Below are positions 1-11,210 of a stretch of 64,000 nt of DNA, piece after piece. Numbering within the stretch: the stretch's first letter is position 1; every line of letters starts with the position of its first letter. Origin of the DNA: Camelus ferus (lineage: Eukaryota); assembly GCF_009834535.1 (NCBI RefSeq), contig NC_045723.1:1364001-1428000 (forward strand), read 5' to 3'. The translations under genes and the position numbers were made by a program. The notes beneath the pieces are model-generated. The model searched no databases, was not told the DNA's origin, and worked only from the letters and a program-made list of their open reading frames with translations.

Positions 1-560
1 CTTGGAGCTTTTATTATTATGAAAGCCCCTTGTTATCCCTAGTGATGGCTCTTGCTTTAAAGTCTACCTTGACAGTTTACTAGTAATTGGTAGGTTTGCA
101 CAGCTACACCAGCTTTCTTCTGCCTTGTACTTGTAGGATGCGTTTTTCTTTACCCTTTAATTTTCAACATTTTTGTTCTGTCCTTATATTAAAATGGGTC
201 TCTTGTTAGCTGCATATGGTTGGGGTCTTTTTTTAAAAAAACCCATTCTATTACTAATGTGCTTGGATAGTTGCCATCCTACCTGTTTTATCGATCTTTC
301 ATCTATCCTTTTTAAAAAACTTCTTCCAGATAATTAAAAGTATTTTACTGTTCCACAGTTTACCTCTATTTACTTTTAGTTGTGTATTCCTGTACTGTTC
401 TTTACATGGCTACCTTAAAGACTACACTGGCTGTGCTTTTTACTTATTAAGGTTCCATATAAATTAGTTATTTTGCCACTTTTCAGTCTAGGGCTTTTAA
501 CTCTCTGTACTCATTGTCTGCTTTTTGTCTTGTAGTTGTCATGAACGTTAATCGTACATA

Positions 561-1471
561 CAGGCAGACCTCAGAGATAGCTCGGGATTGGTTCCAGACC
601 GCTGCAATAAAGCGAATAATGCAGTAAAGGGAGTCACGTGAATTTTTTATTTCCCAGCACATATAAAAGTTATATTTACACTCTATTGTAGTCTATTCAG
701 TGTGCAAGAGCATTGTGTCTTAAAAAAGTACATACCTTAATTTAAAAATACTTTATTGCTAAAAAATGCCAAGCATCTTCAGAACCTTAAGTAAGTGGAA
801 ATGTTGCAGAAAAACGTGTTACAGCTCAGTGTTAGAGCTCAGTTGTGACAGCAACCTGGATCTGGGCAAGAGTCCAAGCAGCACTTGGAAAGTTGGAGAA
901 CTCAGGTTTATTGTGCGGGCGGGCCCAGAGGAGTTAAAACTCCAAGTTCTGGACCCCGTCGGTAGGTTTACACAGGCTTTTATAGGCTGCCAGTTTACAC
1001 TTTGCAAGATCTTATGCAAATAAGGTGTAACAAAAGTTGACTAATTAGGAACAAGCTTTGTAGAAATGGACCAATCAGGAGGGAGAGAAATAACCAATTA
1101 GGAGTGAGCTCCATGCAAATGAAGTACTACCAATGAACCAATCAGAAGTGCAGGAAATAATCAATCAGGAGTGTGCTCAGGGAACCAATAGAATTTTAGG
1201 GGTAAGTTCCACTTTCCTAGAAGTAAGCCCTTTCAGAGGCAAAAAGTGAGATAGAGCTGCTGGGCCAGGGAACCGATGGTGCCGGCAGGAGAGTAGTGGC
1301 CCTGCCTGAGGGTCCTGCCGGTCTTTTTTATGGGGCTTCCCACCTCAGTAGTAACATCAAACATCACTGACCCCAGATCACAACAACAAATATAAAAATA
1401 GTGAGAAAGTTTGAAATAGTGTGAGAATTATCAAAATGTGACACAGAGACATAAAGTGAGCAGAAGCTGTC
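561..1471. mobile_element. Tigger1-derived MITE (Tigger1a-like), split by a solo LTR; pieces 561-795 and 1348-1471, right end lost in an N gap
   Basis: TA|CAGGCAGACCTC...ggttccagaccgctgcaataaagcg matches a Tigger1 terminus; gtaacatcaaacatcactga...aaaatgtgacacagagac matches the other arm. Confidence 0.8.
796..1347 (-). mobile_element. Solo LTR (ERV1-like) with NF-Y/CCAAT array, TATA box and polyA signal
   Basis: Minus strand starts TGAGG at 1347; TATAAA at 983-978; AATAAA at 912-907; ends in CA near 796-802; CCAAT at 1071, 1094, 1130, 1138, 1185. Confidence 0.75.
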
Positions 1472-2124
1472 NNNNNNNNNNNNNNNNNNNNNNNNNNNNN
1501 NNNNNNNNNNNNNNNNNNNNNNNNNNNNNNNNNNNNNNNNNNNNNNNNNNNNNNNNNNNNNNNNNNNNNNNNNNNNNNNNNNNNNNNNNNNNNNNNNNNN
1601 NNNNNNNACGTGAGCTCTTGTTGTGGTTGGTAGTTTTTCTCCTTTCGTCTTTATTCCTTTCCGCATTTCATTCTGGGATCATTGTCCTTCTGCCTGAAAA
1701 GCCCAGTTTAGTATTTCTTGTGTGAGGACCCCTGGTGACAAATTCTCTGTTGGTCCAAAAACATTTTTATTCTTTCCTTAATTTTTTAAAGAATATATTT
1801 TCCAAGTATGAAATTCCAGTTTAGAAACTACTTCCTTCCAATACCTAAAGATATCTTTCCATCGTTTTCTGGCTTCTGAAGTTTCTGTTCAGGAGTCAGG
1901 TATTAGCCTCGGGGCCCATTGCACGTCTGAAAGCGCTGTGACTGTTTTTTTGACTGCTTTTTAATATTTTCCCTTTGTCTTACATTTCTTCACTTTTACT
2001 ATGAAGTATGTAGATATACTTTTTTTTTTAGGTTATTTATACTGCTTGAAGGTCAGAATCATTCCTGAATTTCTGGCATGATGCCTTTGGTCAATTTTGA
2101 AAAACTGTCAGACATTATCTTTTT

Positions 2125-2640
2125 TAAAAATTTTTTTACTTAAGTACAGTCAGTTACAGTGGGTTGATTTCTGGTGTACAGCACAATGTCCCAGCCATGC
2201 ATATACACACATACAGTCGTATTCATTTTCTTTTTCATTAAAGGTTGTTACAAGATATTGAATATAGTTCCCTGTGCTGTACAGAAGAAACTTGCTTTTT
2301 AAAATCTATTTTTATATATAGTGGCTAACATTGCAAATCTCAAACTCCCAAATTTATCCCTTCCCACCCTTTTTCCCTGGTAACCCTAAGATTGTTTACT
2401 ATGTCTGCAAGTCTGTTTCTGTTTTATAGATGAGTTCATGAGTGTTCTTTTCTTTCCTTTTTTTTTTTTTTAAGATTCCATATATAAGTGATATCATATG
2501 GTATTTTTCTTTCTTTTTCTGGCTTATTTCACTTAGAATGATGATCTCTAGGTCTACCTGTGTTGCTGCAAGTGGCATTCTTTTATTTTTTATGGCTGAG
2601 TAGTATTCTGTTGTATAAATATACCACAGCTTCCTTATCT
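2125..2640 (-). mobile_element. 5'-truncated young L1 3' UTR (camelid/artiodactyl-type)
   Basis: T-tract followed by typical antisense L1 3'UTR (ttccctgtgctgtacag, aaatctcaaactcccaaatttatcccttcccaccc, ataagtgatatcatatggtatt). Confidence 0.85.
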
Positions 2641-2890
2641 CTTTACATACGGTCCCAATCTCTCTATCTTTTCCTTCTAAAATTCGGGATGCCCATATTT
2701 AGGATCTTTCCATCACAATTCTATATGTTCTTAATGCTTTTCAGGGGGCATTTTCCGTCCATTGTTTTCTCATTGTGTCACTGTATGTTTTCTACTGACC
2801 TATCTACCTTCGAACGTACTAGTCCTCTCCAGTTGTTTTCAATCTGCTAAACCTAATTATTACATTCTTCTGAAATTTCAGTTATATTTT

Positions 2891-4109
2891 TTATTGATGT
2901 ACAGTTGCTGTACAATATTATGTAAGTTACAGGTGTGTAATATAGTGAGTCACAATTTCTAAAGGTTATAATCCATTTACAGTTATAAAATATTGACTAT
3001 ATTCCCTGTGTTGTACAATACATACTTGTAGCTTATTTGTTTTATACCCAATCATTAATACCTCTTAATCCCCTCCCCCTATATTGCCCCTCCTTCTTCC
3101 CTCTCCTGGCTGGTAACCACTAGTTTGTTCTCTGTATCTGTGAGTCTGCTTCTGTTTTGTTATGTGCAATAGTTTGTTGTATTTTTTAGATTACACATAT
3201 AAGTGATATCATACAGTATTTGTCTTTCTCTGACTTGTTTCACTTAGCATAATACCCTCCAAGNNNNNNNNNNNNNNNNNNNNNNNNNNNNNNNNNNNNN
3301 NNNNNNNNNNNNNNNNNNNNNNNNNNNNNNNNNNNNNNNNNNNNNNNNNNNNNNNNNNNNNNNNNNNNNNNNNNNNNNNNNNNNNNNNNNNNNNNNNNNN
3401 NNNNNNNNNNNNNNNNNNNNNNNNNGTAAACAATACTGCTATGAACATTGGGGTGCAGGTATCCTTTCAAATTAGTGGCTTTGGGGTTTTTTGGATAAAT
3501 ACCGCAAAGTGGAATTTCTGGGTCATATGGTGGTTCTGTTTTTTGTTTTTTGAGAGACCTCCATACTGTTTTCTTTTTTTTTTTTTTACAGTGGCTACAC
3601 CAATTTATCTTCCCACCAACAGTGTACAAGGGTTCCGTTTTCTCCACATCCTTGCCAATATTTGTTATTTGTGTTCTTTTTGAGGATAGGCATTCTGACA
3701 GGTGTAAGGTGACATCTCATTGTGGTTTTGATTTGCATTTCCCTGATGACTGGTGATGTCCAGCATCTTTGCTTGTATGTGTTGGCCATCTACATTTCCT
3801 CTTTGGAAAAATGTCTGTTTAGTTCTTCTGCCCATTTTAAAATCAGGTTGTTTGTTTTTTTGATGTCGAGTTGCATGAGCTGTTAATGTACGTTGTGTAT
3901 TAGTCCCTTATTGGTCATACCATCTGCAAATATTTTCTCGCATTCAGTAGGTTGTCTTTTCATTTTGTCCATGGTTCTCCTTTGCTGTGCAAAAGCGTTT
4001 AAGTTTAACTAGGTCCCATTTGTTTATTTTTGTTTTTATTTCCGATACTTTGGGAGATGGATCCAAAAAAAAACATTGCTGTGATTTACGTCAAAGAGTT
4101 TTCTGCCTA
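2891..4109 (-). mobile_element. 5'-truncated L1 (ORF2 C-terminus plus 3'UTR) with 18-bp TSD
   Basis: TSD aaatttcagttatatttt at 2873-2890 and 4110-4127; TT/AAAA endonuclease site; ORF 3595-3789 translates to L1 ORF2p C-terminus ([18 protein letters not shown]...CWW). Confidence 0.92.
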
Positions 4110-5619
4110 AAATTTCAGTTATATTTTAATTTCTAGAATTTCCCTTTACTATATTAGAGTTTTCTATAGAAATTCTTCGTCCTGTCATTTGCTCTTACAG
4201 ACACATTGATCCTGTGTGTGAATGTGTCTAATAACTGAAACATCTCGATCACTTTTGTGTCTATTTTTATGACCGATTTTTCTCTTGACCCTCTTTTATG
4301 TATACTTGGTATTTTTAATTAAATGTCAAACATTATTTTTCTTCCTTCCGAGAGGACTAACACTATCCTCTGCTAGATAGCTCAAACACGGACAGTTTAC
4401 CTTAATCCTTGGTTCAAAGCTATGTTACAGCCTTTGTAAGACTGAGTCCATCTCTAATTCAAACCTACATTTAGTACGTCCTCCAGACTCTCAGCTGAGA
4501 ACATAGGTGTTAGAGCTTGGAGGGTACCGGACTCACATTTTTATCTCCCCAGATACACAAGACCACTAAAACTTCAGCAATATTTTCCAGCCGTTTTTTC
4601 CCCAGAGGTTTCTGAGCCTTTTGTGTTGCCCAAATTAAGAATCAGGAAGTGCATCCAGGGAAAAACTGCTCTGGGTGTCAGGCTCACTCTCCTGGACTTC
4701 CCTTCCCTTTGATTCCTGGGCCCTTTAAGTCTTGGCTACCTTGGCAATCCCAAACTCCTATTTCCCTTTTCCATCCCTGTGAGATTTTCGGAAGCTCTTC
4801 TGACTTATCAGATGCTTGCTCGCCTTCCTCTGCCCAGTTAAACCTTCCCCTCCCTGTGTCAGGAATCAGCAGATGTCCCACGAGGAAGAGTAGGATGGAA
4901 ATGGTGGAGTTCTCCTCAATGGGTTTCCCTTTTCTTTAGGACTCTGGCCCCTTGAGGGCTGGTGCTTGCCCCAGCCTCTCTCCAAAGCCCTCAAACAAAT
5001 TTACTTTTATTTACTTTTCTCCTTGTTTTCAGTGGAAGCATCCATCAACTACACATCACTCCATCAGAGCCTCAAGAGAGCTACTCTGTAGGATCTCAGT
5101 AAAAAAACAAGTTTGAATTGTGAGCCTTCAGATGCCTAAGACGATGTGTTCTTTTTTATTTGCCTACAGTTGTTCACATTTGCTGGCACTCTTGTTCAGG
5201 GCTGTTCTCAGGATAGTATTTTTTGTTGTGCTTACTGTAATGAATTAAGTGATGGTGGTGGGGGTAATGCCAGTGATCGTGTCTATGGAAGGAGACAGTT
5301 TTGAGATACTAAATCCCCCAGCAGTTCCACATTTTGCTTGTATCCATTTTTACAAGTAGTTTTCTGAGTCCCCTTGTGAGTCTCTGGCTCTGGTGCTCCA
5401 AAAGCCTAGGCCTTCAGGGCAAGTTAGAGAAGTGTGACATCTCAACAAAATTCTTGAAAGAAACAGAGTGAAGAGAGTAGAGGTCCCCCTGCTCAAGAAC
5501 AAGGATGTCATTCCCCAGAGGTGGTGGTGATGGAAAGAGAGTGATGGGAGACAGCCTTGGGGACACAGATGCTGCTGGCATCCTGCCCCCATCCCCTGGC
5601 CCCAACCAACCACCTTAGA

Positions 5620-6027
5620 ATATGCCCACCCGGCTTCCAACTGCCAAGACCGGCACATCCATGCCTGAGGGTTTTCTCTGGCCTCCAGGTCTCCTTTTGC
5701 CTTCCTCTGTGACAGACTGCAAGTATCCTATCAGCAAGCTAGTGCCTCCAGAAAGCAGCTTCCAACCGATGACAGATAGGAGTCAGTGTGCAAATGCTCC
5801 AGTCCCCACCCCCGAGTTGTGAGTTCCACAAGGGTTCCTGTGTCGTTTCCCCAGAAGGCGGAGTTCCAGTTGGACACTGTGGCTTGTTAATACCCGCTCT
5901 GGGCTGCTTTCCCTTCCCTGTCTCTCTCCCCAACCCCTCACTAGTGGTTTCTTCATCTTCCAAAGAAATGATTTGTGCTCGAATCCTTGTCTCAAGAATC
6001 TACTTCTGGATGACTTGAACTAAGACC
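5620..6027 (+). mobile_element. ERVL LTR16A/B-like solo LTR
   Basis: 3' end ...ctcgaatccttgtctcaagaatctacttctgg...gaactaagac and internal gatgacagataggag resemble LTR16 consensus; left boundary approximate. Confidence 0.7.
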
Positions 6028-7039
6028 TGGCTTAGATTAGCACAGATGCGCCGGGACCTGGCCCCCGGACAGGAACTGGAGGAGATAACGAGACTCCAGG
6101 GATGAAAGGCTGAGGATTCATGAGGGCTTTGGGCCGGGGGCCGTGGTCAGCCTCCCAGACCGTCTGTGGGAGGAGTGTTAAATTAAAAAGAATTTGTTAC
6201 CCCAGTGAGTGTTCTGTTTCCCAGCTGGGTAGGTCGTGGTAAACCACATCTTGAAAATAAGTGAATGACTCACCAGCTAAAAAACAAGTGCTTTAGTGCA
6301 GTGCAAGTGTAGCCTGGACTGAGCTTTTCATCAGGATGAGGCATTCCATTCCTTTCGCTGTTATTTCCCTGTATCAACCATTGAAATGTTCAAAAACAGG
6401 GAAATTATTCTGAATGTATAGAAGCAAGTAGGTACGCATGATGATTCTAGATGACATTCATTTCAGATCTTCTGAAAGACTTCAAAAAGGAGGCAGAAGT
6501 AACTTAAAAATTTTTTTTTCTTAAGCTGTTCAAAGTACGATACAAAATGGAGTGATTTTCCTCATAATTTCTTTCCAAAACTTCCACTTTGCTTATTAAA
6601 TCTTGAAACTGGTGATTAAGTTAAGGCTGGAAAACTTAAATATGGCCTATTGGCTTCAGAATACCGGGAAGCATTTTCTAGCAATTGAAATGTTCATTAT
6701 TGCCAACCGACTCAGTAAATGCGCTCACGCTCTGTAAGTGACGTTCTTCTGCATGTGTATATTTATACACAAATTTGTCCCCAGCACACACATGTTCAAT
6801 TGACTCCTTATGCCATTTCTTCTCTCCTCAAGGTAGAAGGAAACCTTCTGCATCCCTTTAGAAGGGCAGCTGCAGGAGATCACACTAACCCAGTATCCAT
6901 CATCCAGCTCACTCCAGGTATGACGTAATGTAGGAAACACAAACTATACAATTAGAAGATCTGTCACAAATTGAGCACCTGTGAAGTTTGTTAGCATTCA
7001 ACCATCCCTCTTCACTTAACAGCAGAATCTACTGAGTCA

Positions 7040-7562
7040 ACAAATCAGCATGCTTTTGGTCAGCATGCTAGATATTTTTATTTGTCCCTCTAGTTCCAGT
7101 TTCTCCCTTCCCACCTGGCGTCCCGAGAGGGTGAACTCTATCAATGTAGTCAGTGGGCTCTCTTGCTCTCTGTATTCCATTTAGGTTTGACCAGTGGGTG
7201 TCACTGGGGAGGAGACCAGAAGGCAGTAGACGAGTGATGTCAGGGTCATCGCTCTCCCAGCTCCCTCTCAGCTGGGTTACTGTGAATGGCTTGTGTCCCT
7301 CTGCCTGAATCCCAACTCCTTTGAAGCACCCCTCCCCTCCAGCAACAGCATGTTCCCTGGGTCACAGGACAGGGTTTGCAGAATGGAGGTGGCTGGCAAT
7401 GGCTTCCTGATATTGCTAACCCAGGTATCCTTCAGCGTCCTTTACTGGTTTCCCCTAACCCTGCCCAACAACATTTAAAAACTTTGCCTTATTAAACTCT
7501 CCTCAATTATACTGTCTGAGTGAGCATGCTATCTGTTTCCTGCAGGGACCCAGGCTGGTACA
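7040..7562 (+). mobile_element. ERVL LTR33-like solo LTR
   Basis: ...ggtttcccctaaccctgccc...ttattaaactctcctcaatt...ctatctgtttcctgcagggacccaggctggtaca matches the LTR33 3' end. Confidence 0.75.
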
Positions 7563-8319
7563 GTTTGTCCCTCCTCGTTTGTCAGACGTTAAACGGAGCC
7601 AGACAGTGCAGTACAGTGGATCTGCAACGTAAGTCAACTGCAAAGTGAAATCAGACGTTTTGCAAAAGCCAGTGGGATTTCGGGAAGCAGAAGAAAGTGA
7701 GGCTGGAGAGAGGTCTGACTCACATGCAAAGCTGTTCTCTAATGCAGTTTAGCAGAGTTTCTCTAGTTAAAAATTGAACAGAAAATCCACACTTAGGCAT
7801 TTCAAAAGAGAGTGATTTTAATGTCAAAGCATTAAGAGAGGCATTAGGCAAATATCTAAATCCTTTGCTGCTGCTGCCTTTTTCTTTTCTTTTTTTTTTT
7901 AATAAGAGACACTTTCTTTATGCTTGTGTCATAAAATTATGTGAAGTGAAGGGTGTCCTGACGTGTTCTGTTCTTCTGTCAGGAATATTGCACCCAAAAG
8001 CCACCCAGATAGTACTCAGTTTATTTCCTGCTTGTCTTAAGATTGGCACATGATTATAACTATCACCTATGTTTTAATAAGTGTGAGATAATCTTACTTT
8101 CATAATTTTTCACAATTAAGTCAAACTTCTTTCTCTGTTGAGTGTCCAGTTTTGGCCCCCAATTGAAGTGGATTCAGTCCAAGTGGCCTTTTCCTAGGAC
8201 CAGTTATCCTTGGCTCAGGGGACCTTCTGAACATCCTCGGAGTAGCTGCAGAAGGTCAGTGGGGGAGAAGAGAAGGTCTGTTCCTTAGGAGATTTCTGAG
8301 GGCATCCCTTTGGATTTGG

Positions 8320-8470
8320 GCTCTGGAATCACACAGCCTGGGGTTCAGATTCCAGCATCAACTCTGCCACCTTTGGCCTTGGGGAACCACATCACTGAGT
8401 CACATCTTTGAAACACTGAGCTCAGGTCTCTAGCACCTGGGAAACCTTCAGTTAACGTCAGCTCCCACCA
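8320..8470 (+). mobile_element. MIR SINE remnant
   Basis: ctggggttcagattccagc...ctctgccacc...gccttgggga core, truncated. Confidence 0.6.
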
Positions 8471-8599
8471 GAATTACTAAAATTATTGTACCATTGGTAG
8501 TTCTATTTAATATGCTGCTCTGTTAAACATTATATCAATTTTACTAAAATTAAAACAGTGAATGTTGCTTACGTTTTCACCAGTTTCAAAATGACTAGA

Positions 8600-9200
8600 C
8601 TTAGAAAATAAAAGGCAATGGAATTAAAACAGGATTTCTACCTTTCAAAGGAAGTAATATGTAATTTATATAGAAATATCAAAACAAGTAGCAAGAAATA
8701 TAAAAATGGATAAACCTGAAAAATAGCAGAAGAAAAAGCATTTAAATTAATTAAGGCAAGAAAAGTAAATAGGGGGAAAAATCCTTTACCAAATGGCAAA
8801 CACCAGGTTCAACAAACTTCATCTAAGCTACTAGGCTCCTAATGTATAAATCAAAATGACAAAGATACACAAAAGTTAAAAGAATAAATAAAAACTCTCA
8901 GGAATATGCAAATCATAAAGGAGACAGGGAGGGACAGTATTTATATTCATAAAAAGTCAAATTCAATGTGAAATGCACTATAATTATAATGAGAAATGGA
9001 ATAGTTTTATAAATTGGTGTAATCAATAACAAAATTAAAACAAGCAGAAACATTTATGCACCCCCAAACACAGCACCAAAATATAGAAGGAAAAATTTTA
9101 AGACAGTTAAAGAGTAACTAACAAACCTCAAACACAGGGATATGGTAACACACAGCCAGTGGCATATTGAGGATGAAAATAATATCCCACTCGCAGCTTC
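8600..9200 (+). mobile_element. Old L1 fragment (ORF2 endonuclease region)
   Basis: A-rich; aaacatttatgcaccccc...caaaatatag matches the conserved EN NIYAPN region. Confidence 0.65.
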
Positions 9201-9268
9201 CATACTTTGGAACAGAGTTTCCCAACCAATAAGCACTCTTGTGCTGTAGGACCTCCCGAGCCCTAAGA

Positions 9269-9393
9269 TTATGCACGGAGCTCAGGGATGCTGAAAACTT
9301 CAGTTTGGCCCCCTCTGGCCTTGAGCAGCTTTTCCTGGTACTCCTCAGAGAGCTGCTTTGAGCAGACCGTGTCTGACTGCGTGCCCTGCAGTC
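9269..9393 (-). other. Candidate last exon of a minus-strand spliced transcript (extends beyond 9269)
   Basis: Acceptor ttgctgtatcctctgtccggcttccAG at 9395-9394; one frame reads LQGTQSDTVCSKQLSEEYQEKLLKARGGQTEVFSIPELRA* (stop 9271-9269); no recognised homolog. Confidence 0.3.
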
Positions 9394-9605
9394 CTGGAAG
9401 CCGGACAGAGGATACAGCAAGCTCTCCCCACTGCGCCCCAGTACACTGAGCACATGCAGGGAAGTGTCTGCCATCAGGGAACCTGATGCCGCAGCCACCT
9501 GCACAGGTGAGTCCAGGTAGGGGGCCCATGGGGCAAGTTGCACAGCAAGCGTGAGACTGGGAGTTAGGAAGGATGAGTAGGAACACAGCCGGGCCTTGGG
9601 CCTAC

Positions 9606-9706
9606 ATCTCTGTCGTGTGTTTCAGATGCTTCTGACCCTTTGTGGCGGGCGGACGTGCCTTTCCTGCCCAGCTGCCGTGTGACTCTTCCAGCACTGTGTG
9701 TGCAAA
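9606..9706 (-). other. Candidate 101-nt internal exon
   Basis: Acceptor gtcttgttttcAG (9708-9707); donor GAT|GTAGGC (9605-9604). Confidence 0.3.
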
Positions 9707-10289
9707 CTGAAAACAAGACTTCCCTCACTACTTTAAACTATTCATATAACGTTTCATTCCAGATCGGCTTTCATTTAGCAATTTATCTCAACAATACCTT
9801 TTTCAAGAAAAGCAAAAGAATGACTGTTAGTCTTTAAATACCATTTTATGGTTGTAGGAGTTTGAATGCCTATTTATAAAAATTTAAATTTGTCTTACCT
9901 ATTTGTGTAAAGGAAGTTTGTGCCAGTGGTCACAATGGAGGATTCGAAGAAATGACCCTTTCAAAGTCTTGTTTAGGAATTATATGCAGCATATAACAAA
10001 AGAATAAAAAAGAGTGTTTATGAACGTTAAAAAGAAATGATTACACTGAGCCAGTAGGAGAACTGATACTTCAGTATTTATTTAAAAATACCTGTTCCTA
10101 AAATAATCCTTCCAATACATACGGCCAGGAATAAAATGAATGAGGTAGATACAGACATAAAATATCAGTTAACGTTCTGAACTGAAATTCACATACCTGT
10201 TTTTAAGCTCAAGACACCGTTTAAAATTTATTTTGGTAATGCAATGTAGTTAAACCTACATGGTATCGATTTAATGATTTTTTTCCCCC

Positions 10290-10870
10290 GCTGACATGTT
10301 TTAATAACACGTGTGAGGTCTTATCACCGACCCGTTTCTGTGCTTTCAGCATCTCATTTGTATGCAAATTCTCACGGTTGCAACTTACTCGCTGGTAAAT
10401 GGTGCCCGCGGATTGAGTGGCTCCGTGATTGTGTTCCGCCCCTGTCTACCCTATTTGTTTCTTATTACGTCCCTGCCGCAGTCCCCGCTTTGTGTTCCGT
10501 CATGAATTACTGAGCGGTTCCCGGGGCCATTTTTCTGACGTGTGATGGGCGGATCTCCCTCGCCCTAACGTGCTGCCGGTTGCCCTGTACTTTCTAAACC
10601 GAGTGTGTGAGAGCGGTTCCTTCCTCCTCTTGATCCATTTCCTTCTGTGACTTCTTTTTCAACTGCAAGTCTTTGGTCCTAATAGAGGCGCGTTGTCGCA
10701 CTTGCTTGCAGCCCCTTTCCTCCCCCTCCCACAGTCTGATTTCTGCGCCACTGAAGTTTACTACCACCAGTAAAATTATTTCATATACGTGTGTATGTTT
10801 TCGGTTGCTCGGTAAGGCTGAGAAATCTAATGAAAATTTCATGCGGGACGGTCTTGCCAGGAACGAACAT
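10290..10870. promoter_or_regulatory. CpG-rich, moderate-GC block (weak CpG island) with octamer; candidate promoter/first exon
   Basis: About 30 CpG by manual count in about 580 bp; ATGCAAAT at 10362-10369; GC boxes and TGACG half-sites; minus-strand donor CGA|GTAAGT at 10388. Confidence 0.45.
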
Positions 10871-11009
10871 TATGCATATAGATTTACATATAAATATAAA
10901 CACAACGTGTAGACTTGTTTTTGCGCATGCACACAAGTGTGCGTGGATAAAGTGTGTGTGTGTGTGTTTGGAGATGTGCACTGTGCTCTGGGACAGTAAT
11001 GCCTGTGTT

Positions 11010-11210
11010 AGAACCCTAGGTCTCTCATTGGTGATGTGTGTGACCTTGGGCAGTTTCTTAAACTTCTGTGCTTCATTTTCCTCATTGATAAAATGAGGAA
11101 AAGGTGGTATCTACTTCATAGGGTTTCTTGTGTGAGGATTACATAAAGTAATAGAAACGAAGTGCTTCTGGGGCATTGTGGGCATTCAATAATTGTCAGC
11201 TATTTTTATT
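11010..11210 (+). mobile_element. MIR SINE
   Basis: gtgtgaccttgggcag...cattttcctcattgataaaatgagg...acttcatagggttt...gaggatta core. Confidence 0.8.

Larger units (their letters stand above)
1..5050 (-). mobile_element. Old fragmented L1 (L1M/L1ME-like), antisense; host pieces at about 1-560, 1608-2120, 2641-2872 and 4128-5050
   Basis: T-rich antisense L1 endonuclease/ORF1-like sequence (e.g. ctacaccagctttc..., gggtctcttgttagctgcatatggttggg) resumes after each nested insertion; family from recalled consensus. Confidence 0.65.

Noticed and set aside
10594-10684. Minus-strand acidic/basic peptide TKDLQLKKKSQKEMDQEEEGTALTHSV* after a possible acceptor
   Set aside because: Weak pyrimidine tract, no upstream partner exon and no recognised homolog
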